From: a virus
Virus record (IMG/VR): IMGVR_UViG_3300046804_004738
Location: 42,263 to 106,262 of that record
DNA length: 64,000 nucleotides
Strand: one strand, 5' to 3'
Part shown: positions 54,083 to 64,000 of the stretch, one piece after another
Position numbering within the stretch: position 1 is the first letter of the stretch
How the letters are laid out: the number at the start of each line of letters is the position of its first letter
The notes under the pieces: generated by a model
Databases searched by the model: none
What the model was told of the DNA's origin: nothing
The model's input: only the letters and a program-made list of their open reading frames with translations
Position numbers and translations under genes: made by a program

Positions 54083-54451
54083 TTTATTTTTATAATCAGC
54101 AATTGCAGACTTTATAGCATCTTCCGCCAATATTGAACAGTGAATTTTGACCGGCGGTAAAGCCAACTCTTCCGCAATTTCAGAGTTCTTAATTTCATTA
54201 GCTTCCTGTAAAGTTTTGCCTTTAAGCCATGTCGTGACGAGCGAACTACTAGCAATCGCCGAACCACACCCATATGTTTTAAATTTTGCGTCGGTGATAA
54301 TCTCATCTTCTACCTTTATCTGTAATTGAAGAACATCTCCACAAGCAGGTGCTCCTACAAGCCCTGTACCTACTGATGGATCATTTTTATCAAGCTTACC
54401 TACATTTCTAGGATTTTCATAATGATCTAAAACATTACCTGAATATGCCAT
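54062..54451 (-). CDS. iscU: Fe-S cluster scaffold IscU
   Basis: MAYS..VLDHYENPRNVG, APACGD, YGCGSAIASSS, LPPVKIHCS. Confidence 0.97.
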   Translation of the reverse strand: MAYSGNVLDHYENPRNVGKLDKNDPSVGTGLVGAPACGDVLQLQIKVEDEIITDAKFKTYGCGSAIASSSLVTTWLKGKTLQEANEIKNSEIAEELALPPVKIHCSILAEDAIKSAIADYKNKLSRTNN

Positions 54452-54471
54452 ATATTACCCTCCAATCGTAT

Positions 54472-54975
54472 TTAGTCCGAGGTATCAGCAACAAGCCAAC
54501 CTAATTTAAATAAATCTTCTTTTACTTCATCAGTAACGTCACCTTCTCCAACATAAAGACTAGTAAGCTCACCATCATCGTGTCTTATGCCACTACAATA
54601 CCAATCAAGATAATCGCCTTCTCCAGTCAAATCAGCAACAATACCACCTGCATATCTCCAAGTGCAACTCCAATATTCCTCTTTCAAGATCGGCATCACA
54701 TCATTTTTTATGAACTCATTGTTGCACAATGCTGCATAAATGTTTTGAGCATATGCACGGTTTTTACATTTTTCTACTATAAATTCACTTGTACGCAAAT
54801 CATATTCTAGATTATTTTTTTGCCATTCTGGATCATTTTCCTGTTTTAATTTATCATCCTCAAAATTTAAATAAAAATCTCTGAGGGCATCGTAATTCTC
54901 CGAATCTTTATTCAATCTCTCTATCCGTTTTTGAACAGTTTTGGCTCTATCTTTACTTATTGCTAACTTCTTCAT
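54472..54975 (-). CDS. Conserved phage hypothetical protein
   Basis: YAQNIYAALCNN...WRYAGGIVAD...YLDWYCSG. Confidence 0.75.
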   Translation of the reverse strand: MKKLAISKDRAKTVQKRIERLNKDSENYDALRDFYLNFEDDKLKQENDPEWQKNNLEYDLRTSEFIVEKCKNRAYAQNIYAALCNNEFIKNDVMPILKEEYWSCTWRYAGGIVADLTGEGDYLDWYCSGIRHDDGELTSLYVGEGDVTDEVKEDLFKLGWLVADTSD

Positions 54976-55390
54976 CTATAACCTCCATCCATGTGTAATC
55001 ACCTAACCATTTTACTCTTGCAATATATTCTATATGGTCGGGCGCACCTGTTGTCCATTCATTTGGGCCAGTATGTAATAATACATGTTTTTGCTGTTTA
55101 AAGTCAAATCCTAAATGATAAATTTGGTTATGATAAACTTGAAATTGGTACTCACATTTATGAACCATATCTGTAATGTCCAATCTACGTCTTAATTGTT
55201 CTGCTTGTTTTTGTAATACACGAACCATTTCCATAATGCGTTCGTATTCCTGCTGCGCATGTAACCGCGCAACATTAATCATAATATCTTTTTGTTTTTC
55301 AACTGGTACAAGTTCAAACTTCGGAGCCCCAATTTCCATTGGGTAAGTTAAACTATAATGTTTATCGGGGTCCGAAGGTTTTAATTTCAT
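54953..55390 (-). CDS. DUF2452-like protein
   Basis: YPMEIGAPKF...GDYTW pattern. Confidence 0.6.
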   Translation of the reverse strand: MKLKPSDPDKHYSLTYPMEIGAPKFELVPVEKQKDIMINVARLHAQQEYERIMEMVRVLQKQAEQLRRRLDITDMVHKCEYQFQVYHNQIYHLGFDFKQQKHVLLHTGPNEWTTGAPDHIEYIARVKWLGDYTWMEVIDEEVSNK

Positions 55391-55391
55391 G

Positions 55392-56036
55392 TTAAATTTT
55401 TGCTAAAACTTGTTGTTTTTGTGGTTTCTTTCTGGGTTTTTCATAAAAAATATGATTTCCAATTTGTGCTACCTTTCTGTAAGGCCACATTGGATTTACC
55501 CATAAGTTGTGAAAGAATAAAACTGTGCTTGGAACTACATCTTTATATGAATCATAGGCTAATACATTATATGCGATTCTTTCACTTTGTTTGTATCTTG
55601 GATCGTTGGGGTTCACTGGTCTGCGATCACTTTCGCATACCCAACTAAATTGACACAATTTAACTCTTTTCATTTGGTTGTCACTATATTCAGTATCAGT
55701 TTCTACAGGTACCATTATATGAGAAACTTGATAAATTACTGAACAAGGATTTGGCGCGAACCCGTGTTTAACACGATTCATTACAACTCTAGCAACAGCC
55801 TGTTTACCTTTTTCGGGTTCGCTGCCTGCTTCGTAATAAATATTGGTTGCCAAACATTTTAATTGTTTATGATCAACTGGTTTTGGTTGAGGTTTTACTT
55901 CTGCTACGACTTGTTCTTCCTCCTCTATAAAAAACAATTCATCATTAGCAATTACCAAAACTGCAGAGAAAAAGATTACTACTCCTGCTATAATATTTTC
56001 AACACGTGTGTCACGTAGAAATGTTATTAATTTCAT
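55392..56036 (-). CDS. Cell wall hydrolase (SleB/CwlJ, Hydrolase_2)
   Basis: CLATNIYYEA...AVARVVMNR...CQFSW...IGNHIFY. Confidence 0.9.
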   Translation of the reverse strand: MKLITFLRDTRVENIIAGVVIFFSAVLVIANDELFFIEEEEQVVAEVKPQPKPVDHKQLKCLATNIYYEAGSEPEKGKQAVARVVMNRVKHGFAPNPCSVIYQVSHIMVPVETDTEYSDNQMKRVKLCQFSWVCESDRRPVNPNDPRYKQSERIAYNVLAYDSYKDVVPSTVLFFHNLWVNPMWPYRKVAQIGNHIFYEKPRKKPQKQQVLAKI

Positions 56037-56122
56037 AATTTTCCTTTCCGAACGATAGTATACACTATGTTCTATTAAAAGACAAGAATTTTGGTTTTAA
56101 CTTTTTAAGTTAAGATCAACAT

Positions 56123-58135
56123 TCAAAGATTGTCCCAGCAGTCACAATTGCAATCTATAACATTTTGCAAAGCTTGACTTGGTGTCGGTATTGGTACTGA
56201 GACAGATGTAGATATATTGAATATATCTATATTGGAGGGAATTAGATCAACTTCTGGTGATCCACCAAAACTACCTGGTACAGTTGTTGCACCTGTTACT
56301 TTTGGTATGTTCCCTATTGAGGATTGTGGTGTTATAGGTTGAGAATTACTTATGTTATTATCAAGTTCTAAACCACACAACCCTAACCTGTTTGCGTTTC
56401 TTATTTCACGCATTAGTGCTATTAAACTAGTTCCTCCTAAAGTTGTAGTATTTGCTAGAGCTTCTAAAACTGCTGCTGATTGATTTGGTGCTGTATCTAG
56501 CGCATACTGATTTATATTATCTACAAACGATATAATTGTATTTGTTGTAGACGTTGCATTAGCTGGAATAGCTGCTGCTCTTCCCGCTAATTCTTTCATT
56601 AAATTTGTTCCTACTTGACTCCAAAGTGTATTTAACTCAGTTGATGCTGTTGTATTTGCGTTTCGTATATTTGTAATTTCTGTATTTGCTTGAGTAATAA
56701 ATGTATTTAAATCAGTATTATATGGACCAGCACCAGAAAGTTTATTAAAAATATTTGTATAAATTGTTGACAGGTTTGTACTTTGTAGTTGTAATATTAA
56801 AGTTTGTATTTTTGAAAAATTATAATTTAAACCTGTCATAGCACCAAAAAAATCTGTTGCTAAATATGTGCCATTTGGTCCAGTTCCTAATGCTATAAAT
56901 GATAGGGAATTGGTAATGCTATTTGGTATGGGGCTACCATTATTATTAGGTAAATTAAGACCAGTGGTGCTTTCTAAATTTGTTACAACCTGTGAAAATT
57001 TCTCTATTTGAGCATTTTTAATATTTTTAATTTGCATCATTGCAACAGAAAATGCTCCACAAGCAGTTTTTATATCATCAGGTAATATTGAAACAAGATA
57101 GTCCCCGTAATTAAAAACTTTTATATTTGGGTTTACACTTGTTTGTGTATAAATTGGATAATAAACTTTACTATTAGCAGCCGATGATGTTGTATTGTAT
57201 CTAGGAACGGTTAAACTAGAATAGCTATTCGGAAATAATTTAATTGGATTTAATAAATCAGCTAAAGAGTTTAGATTTTTCGTCTGTACATTTATTGGTA
57301 TTAAAATATCAGTTAAATCTATTCCTACAACTAACTTAAACGCATTATAAATTTTCTTTTCTTGCGAACGTGATATTTCACCACCGTTTAAAAAATTATT
57401 TACTTCTGTTGTTGTTAATTCGCTATACAATAAAGCATATGATAATGCCTGTGTAATGGCATTATTTTTTTGTAATGTTTTAAGTAAGACGCTTGGCAAA
57501 CCAAAAGTGTCGATGTATAATAAATCTATTGCTCTGCCTAAATTTATTAAATCTTGTCCCCAATATAATGTTGATTCGTTTACTCCCGTTATATCAGATG
57601 TAATCAAATCATTCATGTTACTATAAACTCCTTGTAAATAACCAACGCTATTTGCAATGGAATTAATTGTAGGATTAATACTATCTCTAAAAGACATAGC
57701 TGTAATAAAACTTAAACAAAAATCCTGATAATTTCCTATACCTGTAACAAATTCGTTATTAGCCTGCAATGCAGGAAATCTAATAAATCCATAACGAGCC
57801 AATGAATTAGAAACAGTACCTGTGTATGTTGCAGGTTTAGAATTGCCCAATGCAGGAATAGTAGAACTTCCTATTGAGATTAATGCATCATATGTGGCTT
57901 GACTAACATCATTTACACCAACACCTATTTTTCCAAAAGCTAGATTTATTGAATCTATTAATCTATTAAGTACTGTAGTTGACCCTATAGTTCCCTTACT
58001 GTAATTAGATTCAGAGGTGCTAGATCCCATAAATCCAGCTGCGGTGGTGTTTATAGACAAACCAGAGCTTGAAAGAAGTTGAGAAAGTAAGTTAATGCTA
58101 TTTGGTGTTTGTAAACCTTGTAAACTCATGGGCAA
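56123..58135 (-). CDS. Probable virion/baseplate-associated protein
   Basis: 670 aa, S/T/N-rich, coupled to the PAAR gene. Confidence 0.6.
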   Translation of the reverse strand: MPMSLQGLQTPNSINLLSQLLSSSGLSINTTAAGFMGSSTSESNYSKGTIGSTTVLNRLIDSINLAFGKIGVGVNDVSQATYDALISIGSSTIPALGNSKPATYTGTVSNSLARYGFIRFPALQANNEFVTGIGNYQDFCLSFITAMSFRDSINPTINSIANSVGYLQGVYSNMNDLITSDITGVNESTLYWGQDLINLGRAIDLLYIDTFGLPSVLLKTLQKNNAITQALSYALLYSELTTTEVNNFLNGGEISRSQEKKIYNAFKLVVGIDLTDILIPINVQTKNLNSLADLLNPIKLFPNSYSSLTVPRYNTTSSAANSKVYYPIYTQTSVNPNIKVFNYGDYLVSILPDDIKTACGAFSVAMMQIKNIKNAQIEKFSQVVTNLESTTGLNLPNNNGSPIPNSITNSLSFIALGTGPNGTYLATDFFGAMTGLNYNFSKIQTLILQLQSTNLSTIYTNIFNKLSGAGPYNTDLNTFITQANTEITNIRNANTTASTELNTLWSQVGTNLMKELAGRAAAIPANATSTTNTIISFVDNINQYALDTAPNQSAAVLEALANTTTLGGTSLIALMREIRNANRLGLCGLELDNNISNSQPITPQSSIGNIPKVTGATTVPGSFGGSPEVDLIPSNIDIFNISTSVSVPIPTPSQALQNVIDCNCDCWDNL

Positions 58136-58407
58136 AATATGTCAGGACTGCCTTGAACTATACTATGTCCGCAGCTATTTCCTGAACCAACTCTTAACAC
58201 TGGACTACCTTCTGCAAAAACTGTTGGACTTCCGTCTGTAGTTGTCGCAGCCGCATGTGGCGGGTGAGGTGTACCAAATGGTGCGTGTGGAGTTATTTGA
58301 CTTACGTGCAAGCCAACTGGAATTCCATTCGCAAATACTGTTCCAGCGCCACGCATTATTGCGCCTCCTGGTTGATCAGTATCCCCTTTTCTACTAAGTT
58401 GTGGCAT
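58126..58407 (-). CDS. PAAR-like spike tip protein
   Basis: GAGTVFANG...H...H..GSPTVFAEG.PVLRVG...CGH. Confidence 0.88.
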   Translation of the reverse strand: MPQLSRKGDTDQPGGAIMRGAGTVFANGIPVGLHVSQITPHAPFGTPHPPHAAATTTDGSPTVFAEGSPVLRVGSGNSCGHSIVQGSPDIFCP

Positions 58408-58409
58408 CC

Positions 58410-58709
58410 TTATCCTAATATAATTTGCTTCTCTGGTACAGTAATACCGGTAGTAGCTTCGATATACTTTACCTTCACTTGTTCATTAGTGTCCGCTACA
58501 ATTGCGACACTATTAATATTTAGTCTAAAAACTCCGTTCATATCTGTAGTAAATAAACTTGGAACCATAGTAATGCCCTTTTGGCTAGGAGCAATGCTTA
58601 CAGGTTCGCTTATTTCCACTGTTTTATCAATTATGTTTACTACTTTTGCTACTAGTTCTTCGCCGCTATTCAATTTAAATGAATATACTTCATTAATTTC
58701 TAAATTCAT
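58410..58709 (-). CDS. Conserved phage hypothetical protein
   Basis: FKLNSGEELVAK...YIEATTGI. Confidence 0.75.
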   Translation of the reverse strand: MNLEINEVYSFKLNSGEELVAKVVNIIDKTVEISEPVSIAPSQKGITMVPSLFTTDMNGVFRLNINSVAIVADTNEQVKVKYIEATTGITVPEKQIILG

Positions 58710-58711
58710 GT

Positions 58712-58936
58712 TTATCCCATTAATTTTCTATGTAATTCTGTGTATCCGCCTATTAATTCTTCATCAATAAAAATTTGCGGTACTGTACGTGCATTAGGTA
58801 CAGCTTCCATTAATTGTTCCTTTGTATAATCTTTATTGATATTTCTTTCTTCAAATTCAATCCCTTTAAGCTTTAATAAAGCTTTTGCTTTATCGCAAAA
58901 AGGACACATGTCCTTACTCCAAACAATTGCTTTCAT
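58712..58936 (-). CDS. Glutaredoxin
   Basis: CPFC, RTVPQIFI, IGGY. Confidence 0.93.
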   Translation of the reverse strand: MKAIVWSKDMCPFCDKAKALLKLKGIEFEERNINKDYTKEQLMEAVPNARTVPQIFIDEELIGGYTELHRKLMG

Positions 58937-58945
58937 TTTTTTCCT

Positions 58946-60046
58946 TTATAAATCTGGTAATGCTTCGTAATCAACTGTGTCACTCATAACACCAATGACA
59001 TAGTTGGTACTTTCATTTTCTTGTAGTGCTGTTTGCTTTTTATTGATATTCACATGCTTATTGAACCATGGAATAGGACTTGTCTTTGGATGATTTTCCT
59101 GATACTTTATTCCAATATCTTTAAGTCTATTAAATGCAGTCCAGTCTACAAAATCTTTAAGTATATCTGCATTTAGTCCTATTACTACACCCTTACTAAA
59201 AAGATAGTCAGCCCATAATTTTTCTTCGTTGATTACTTCCATATACATTTCATATACTTCACGTTCACAGGTTTGTTTTGCTCTTGCAAATCTAGGATCG
59301 TCTTTAACTACTTGATTAATTAAATATGCTGTCCATTCTGTGTGTAATAACTCATCTTGTAAAATTAAACTGATGATATTACCGTTACCTATATAGATTC
59401 TATTCTCTACCATAGCAAGACTTGTTGCAAAACTAACCATAAAACGTAATGCTTCTAGTGCATAGCTTGCATTTAATGCTAACCATATAGCATTAATGTG
59501 ATCAGATTCATCGACATGAACCCCTGCTTCTTTTGAGCAATTCATTTGATGTAGTTTTTCGTAGTAACGACCTACATTTGCAGCCATATCTATGATCTCT
59601 TTTGTTTCATGTATCTTATTAAATTCTTCTTTTGGTACACCATAAACATTGCGAATAATATGACTATAGGATTTACTATGAATATTAGTTTCAAAGAAGC
59701 TCCAATTATTCACTAGTGCTTCTAGTTCTGGAATACTAATTACAGGACTAAACACCTGACTAGGTGCACGACCTTGAATACTGTCTAATGCCGTCTGTCT
59801 TAGTAAGTTGCTTGTGAATATATGTTTTACTGCTTCACTCGCATCTTTGTGGTCTATCTTATCTTTTGTAAGTGTAATTTCTTCTGGTACCCAAAAGAAA
59901 CCACGTGCAGTTTCTTCGTACTTTGCAATTTTAGGATATTTAACTTCTTCAAATCTTTGTACTGTTACAGGACCTTCTGGATCTAAAAACATAGTGCGTT
60001 TCAGATAATTTGTCTGTTTTGTTAGATTATATTGTGCTTTGCTCAT
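58946..60046 (-). CDS. nrdB: Ribonucleotide reductase class Ia beta subunit
   Basis: FFWVPEE, ETNIHSKSY, DELLH, ALQENE..NY. Start ATG 60046. Confidence 0.95.
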   Translation of the reverse strand: MSKAQYNLTKQTNYLKRTMFLDPEGPVTVQRFEEVKYPKIAKYEETARGFFWVPEEITLTKDKIDHKDASEAVKHIFTSNLLRQTALDSIQGRAPSQVFSPVISIPELEALVNNWSFFETNIHSKSYSHIIRNVYGVPKEEFNKIHETKEIIDMAANVGRYYEKLHQMNCSKEAGVHVDESDHINAIWLALNASYALEALRFMVSFATSLAMVENRIYIGNGNIISLILQDELLHTEWTAYLINQVVKDDPRFARAKQTCEREVYEMYMEVINEEKLWADYLFSKGVVIGLNADILKDFVDWTAFNRLKDIGIKYQENHPKTSPIPWFNKHVNINKKQTALQENESTNYVIGVMSDTVDYEALPDL

Positions 60047-60047
60047 G

Positions 60048-61253
60048 TTAAAATTGATCGTGTTCTGTTGATGTTTTATTTGCCACAGTTGATGTTGCTC
60101 CAACCGCTTCGCTAATTATATCAAAATAGCTAACGCCAACTTCACGTTGGTGTTTAACTGTAGTGAACCCTTTTTCTTGTGCATCAAATTCACGTTGTTG
60201 CATTTCGCTATAACCAGCCATTCCTCTTTCTTTGTATGCCTCTGCTAATTCAAATGTAGCAAGGTTAACACAGTGAAATCCCGCAAGTGTAATGAATTGG
60301 AACTTATACCCCAATTCTCCTAATTCACGCTGGAACGTTTCGCATTCTTCTTCGCTTAAAAATTTACGCCAGTTGAAACTTGGACTGCAATTGTATGCAA
60401 GCATTTGGTTTGGATAAACAGCATGTATTGCGTCTGCAAATTTCTTAGCTTGTTTTATATCAGGTGTAGAAGTTTCAAACCACAATAAATCTGCAAAAGG
60501 AGCATAGGCAAGGCCGCGTCTAATACAAGCATCAATTCCATTTCTAAATTTATAGAACCCTTCTTCTGTTCTTTCATTAATAATAAACTCCTTATCTAAA
60601 GGATCATGATCGCTTGTTATTAGTGTAGCGGCTTCCGCATCTGTTCTTGCCATAATTACAGTGTCTACACCTGCAACGTCTGCTGCCAGTCTTGCTGCAT
60701 TAAGTGTGCGTATCATTTGACTTGTTGGTACTAAAACTTTACCACCAAGATGTCCGCATTTCTTTTCGCTTGCTAATTGATCTTCAAAGTGTACTCCTGC
60801 TGCTCCTGCTTCAATCATATGTGTCATTAACTCATATGCATTTAATGCACCACCAAAGCCTGCTTCTGCGTCAGCAACGATAGGAAGGAAGTAATCTGTA
60901 TCAGTCTTACCTTCACTGTAATCAATTTGATCTGCTCTACGAAAACTATTATTAATACCTTTTACTACTTTTGGTACACTATCAACTGGATATAAACTTT
61001 GATCTGGGTAAGTAGTATTCGCTGTGTTGTTGGCTGCTGCAACCTGCCATCCACTCAAGTAGATTGCTTTTAATCCTGCTTTTGCATGTTGCACTGCCAT
61101 TTGACCATTATACGCACCTAACGTGTTTATATAGGGTTCAGTTGATAGTAAATATCTTAATTTTTCTGCACCTAGTTTTGCTAATGTATGTTCAATTTGT
61201 ATAGTGCCCTGCAATTTTTTAACTGTGTCTTGTGTGTAATTTCGCTTAGTCAT
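60048..61253 (-). CDS. aceA: Isocitrate lyase
   Basis: [37 protein letters not shown]. Confidence 0.97.
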   Translation of the reverse strand: MTKRNYTQDTVKKLQGTIQIEHTLAKLGAEKLRYLLSTEPYINTLGAYNGQMAVQHAKAGLKAIYLSGWQVAAANNTANTTYPDQSLYPVDSVPKVVKGINNSFRRADQIDYSEGKTDTDYFLPIVADAEAGFGGALNAYELMTHMIEAGAAGVHFEDQLASEKKCGHLGGKVLVPTSQMIRTLNAARLAADVAGVDTVIMARTDAEAATLITSDHDPLDKEFIINERTEEGFYKFRNGIDACIRRGLAYAPFADLLWFETSTPDIKQAKKFADAIHAVYPNQMLAYNCSPSFNWRKFLSEEECETFQRELGELGYKFQFITLAGFHCVNLATFELAEAYKERGMAGYSEMQQREFDAQEKGFTTVKHQREVGVSYFDIISEAVGATSTVANKTSTEHDQF

Positions 61254-61262
61254 AAATTCTCC

Positions 61263-63584
61263 TTAAAGAACGCAAGCTTCACATGCTTCTTCATCCTCTA
61301 GTGGTTCTAGTTTTGTAAACTCAATAATGTTATCTTCTTTTAATCCTGCTTTTGCTCCCATTTTATTAATTAGACTATAATAAATGGTTTTTAATCCCCA
61401 CTTGTAAGCAAGCATGAGATTCTTTGCAATTAATGTAGCACTAACTTTACCTTCTGGAAAGAATGCAGGATTATAAAAGGTATTTGTACTTATGCTCTGA
61501 TCAATATAAGCGGCTAGTACTGCGCTAGTTTTTAAATAGTCAACACAATCATGCTGTTCCCACATTAACTGATAACGATTTTTTAATCTCTTATAATCTG
61601 GCACCACTTGAACAAAACTCCCAGCTTTACTTTCTTTGACACTAATAAGTTCCATTGGCAGTTCAATACCGTTTGTACTATTCAATACTACACTACTACT
61701 TTCTACTGGTGCAATAGCCATTAATGTGGCATTACGTATTCCATATTTTTTCAACTTTTCACGCAAAGTTTCCCAATCCATGCTAGGACTGAAATCTGTT
61801 AATTCATTCACACCCTCTGCTCTACGCTCCCATGGGAAAGTGCCCTTACCATAATAAGTGCGAGAACTATTTTTACATGAACCACGTTCTTGTGCCAATT
61901 CAACACTCATTTCCGTTAGATAATATGCTTGATGCTCCATCCAACGTTTAACTTCTGCTAGTCCATCAGGCGTCCCATAACGCAAATGCCTTTTAGCATG
62001 CCAATAGGCAAGATTAGTAATACCAACACCCAATGGTTCAAAATCTTCATTAGCCAATTTACTTTGTACACTTAAGAAATCCTGATAGCTTAGGAGATTG
62101 CTTAGACTGCGCACAAGTACTCTACAGGCTTTTCGCATGTCTTGTGGATTTCTAAATGCACCCCAATTAATACTACCTAATGTGCAGAGAGCGATACGAC
62201 CCTTTTCATCTTCTATTCTCTGAAATGGTTTCGTAGGTAGTAATATTTCTTGGCAAAGATTGCTTTGATAAATTGGATCAACTTTAGTATCAAAAGGCCC
62301 TTGATTAATTACATTATCAATGTTTACCAAATAGATACGACCCGTATCTGTTCTTTCCTTCAAGATACCATTTTTGAATATTTCAGTTGCTGGTAAAACT
62401 TTCTTGCGCAAACCTTTTTTGTTTTCATACAATGTATATAGACGTTCAAATTCTTCGGTGTCACTATAAAATGCTTCATATAAATCAGGAACTTCATGTG
62501 GATCAAACAATGTTATATTTTCATTTTTCTTATAACGATTCCAAAACATTTTATTTACGACAACACTATAATCCATTTGACGAACACGTGTTTCTTCCGT
62601 TCCTTGATTATTTTTCAGTACAATCAAATCTTCAAATTGATAATGCCATATCGGGAAAGTCACTGTACAGCTTGCATTGCGAACACCTCCTTGCGAACAA
62701 GAACGTAAATCACCAAACCATTTCTTTAAGAATGGAATCATACCTGTGTGTTTGATTTCCCCGTTGCGTATGGGCGCACCAAGTGGTCTAATGCGACCAA
62801 TCTCTAATCCTATGCCAGCACGTTTGCTAGCATATTTTGCCATCATTTCACCAGCAGCAAAAATTGAATCAAGAGTATCGTCACTACTAATAAGCACACA
62901 ACTACTAAATTGTTTTGTAGTTGTGCCAAGGCCTGCCAAGACAGGCGTTGCCAATGTAAAATGCCCGTCACTAGCACATTCATAATATTCTTTAACATAT
63001 TTTAGTCTCTTTTCCTTAGGTTCGTTGTGAAAAGCAGTAGCGGCAGCTATAGCATAACGCACCTGCGGTGTTTCAAAAATCTGCCCTGTAGCACGATTTT
63101 GAACAAGATATTTTTCTGCTAATTGAGCAATAGCAGCATAGGTATAATTTTCATCCTTGCTATGATCGATGAACAAATCGATTATGTCCCATTCTTCTTT
63201 GGTATACCATTTAAGTAATTCACTAGTATACATCCCATTTTCTATGTTTTTCACTACGATATCGTAGAGTGAAGGCGGAGTGTATTCTCCATAAACTTCT
63301 TTACGTAACATAGAGACTTTTTGACGACCTGCAACATATTGATAATTTACATCGTTTATGTCAGTGTTTTCACTTTCATCAATAAGATCAACCATTGCCT
63401 TTAGCAATAATTCATCTATTGTTTTTGTGCTTATACCATCGTGAAGTTGTATTTGTGCTTTGATTTCTATCATACTAGGGCTTACATTATCTATACCCTT
63501 GCACCCGTATGCGACTTGTCTTTGAATTTTGCTTATGTCTAGGGGAACAGATTCCCCATTTCTTTTAATTACGTGTATATCCAT
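61263..63584 (-). CDS. nrdA: Ribonucleotide reductase class Ia alpha subunit
   Basis: ATP cone VIKRNG, QFSSCVL, SNLCQEI, C-terminal CEAC. Confidence 0.97.
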   Translation of the reverse strand: MDIHVIKRNGESVPLDISKIQRQVAYGCKGIDNVSPSMIEIKAQIQLHDGISTKTIDELLLKAMVDLIDESENTDINDVNYQYVAGRQKVSMLRKEVYGEYTPPSLYDIVVKNIENGMYTSELLKWYTKEEWDIIDLFIDHSKDENYTYAAIAQLAEKYLVQNRATGQIFETPQVRYAIAAATAFHNEPKEKRLKYVKEYYECASDGHFTLATPVLAGLGTTTKQFSSCVLISSDDTLDSIFAAGEMMAKYASKRAGIGLEIGRIRPLGAPIRNGEIKHTGMIPFLKKWFGDLRSCSQGGVRNASCTVTFPIWHYQFEDLIVLKNNQGTEETRVRQMDYSVVVNKMFWNRYKKNENITLFDPHEVPDLYEAFYSDTEEFERLYTLYENKKGLRKKVLPATEIFKNGILKERTDTGRIYLVNIDNVINQGPFDTKVDPIYQSNLCQEILLPTKPFQRIEDEKGRIALCTLGSINWGAFRNPQDMRKACRVLVRSLSNLLSYQDFLSVQSKLANEDFEPLGVGITNLAYWHAKRHLRYGTPDGLAEVKRWMEHQAYYLTEMSVELAQERGSCKNSSRTYYGKGTFPWERRAEGVNELTDFSPSMDWETLREKLKKYGIRNATLMAIAPVESSSVVLNSTNGIELPMELISVKESKAGSFVQVVPDYKRLKNRYQLMWEQHDCVDYLKTSAVLAAYIDQSISTNTFYNPAFFPEGKVSATLIAKNLMLAYKWGLKTIYYSLINKMGAKAGLKEDNIIEFTKLEPLEDEEACEACVL

Positions 63585-63707
63585 TTATGTGCCTATTATT
63601 GTTATTTGAATTGTATTTTTGAAGTGATTAGATATTTAACTATACGGTACTAATTAACTACATATATATTTTGCGTATCACCCTAGACTACAACTTTTTT
63701 ATCTAAT

Positions 63708-64000
63708 TTACGCTAGTCTTTCCAACTGATTTTGAATGTTAATTTCATGTTTTATATTAAAATCATTTAACCTATTAGTTTCTACTGTATTGGGCCAATA
63801 ATTTAATATGTGAGTATTCTCTACCAAAACTAATATAACATCGTTTCCCATTTTATCGGATGCAGCTACCATTTGAAAATTTTTTACATCAATCATGTAT
63901 AAAGTATAACACATTCCCAATGCTTTAGCAACATTACAATATAAATTTTCTACCAAAAGTTCCCAAGGATCTGGCCAATTATGTGTGTCTTTAATGTGCA
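63708..64000 (-). CDS. Hypothetical protein, 5' end outside the window
   Basis: The frame stays open to the window edge (..NWPDPWELLVEN..). Confidence 0.6.
   Translation of the reverse strand, partial: HIKDTHNWPDPWELLVENLYCNVAKALGMCYTLYMIDVKNFQMVAASDKMGNDVILVLVENTHILNYWPNTVETNRLNDFNIKHEINIQNQLERLA

Noticed and set aside
58946-63584. Introns or inteins in nrdA/nrdB
   Set aside because: Both ORFs are continuous and of normal length.
1-64000. Stop-codon recoding or suppressor tRNA
   Set aside because: Known genes are full length under code 11, TAA, TAG and TGA all end genes, and no tRNA has a CUA, UUA or UCA anticodon.

Overview
AT-rich segment of a large tailed dsDNA phage (jumbo/T4-like features: TATAAATA/TAAATA late-promoter motifs, consensus sigma70 promoters, tail-fibre and PAAR genes, class Ia ribonucleotide reductase). 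The host is probably a betaproteobacterium, inferred from the style of its PqqA, DnaK, ErpA and IscU. Layout: 0-16 kb (+) virion/late genes with infA, SOD and erpA; 16-25.5 kb (-) small early genes behind repeated TTGACAATAAAT promoters; 26-39 kb (-) an array of 27 tRNA genes covering all 20 amino acids, interleaved with dnaK, rpoZ, ppiC, an unannotated pqqA peptide gene and several structured non-coding RNAs; 41.6-54.5 kb a cluster of five radical SAM enzymes, three desaturases, three 2OG-Fe oxygenases, a QueC-like ATPase and iscU; 55-64 kb a cell-wall hydrolase, PAAR, glutaredoxin and nrdB-aceA-nrdA. Top finding: a 41-codon leader ORF missing from the ORF track (39976-39851, -) at the head of the tRNA array. 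It contains all 20 amino acids and a cognate codon for 26 of the 27 phage tRNAs, and its last codons form one arm of an antiterminator that competes with a Rho-independent terminator. This looks like a pan-tRNA-sensing transcription attenuator.
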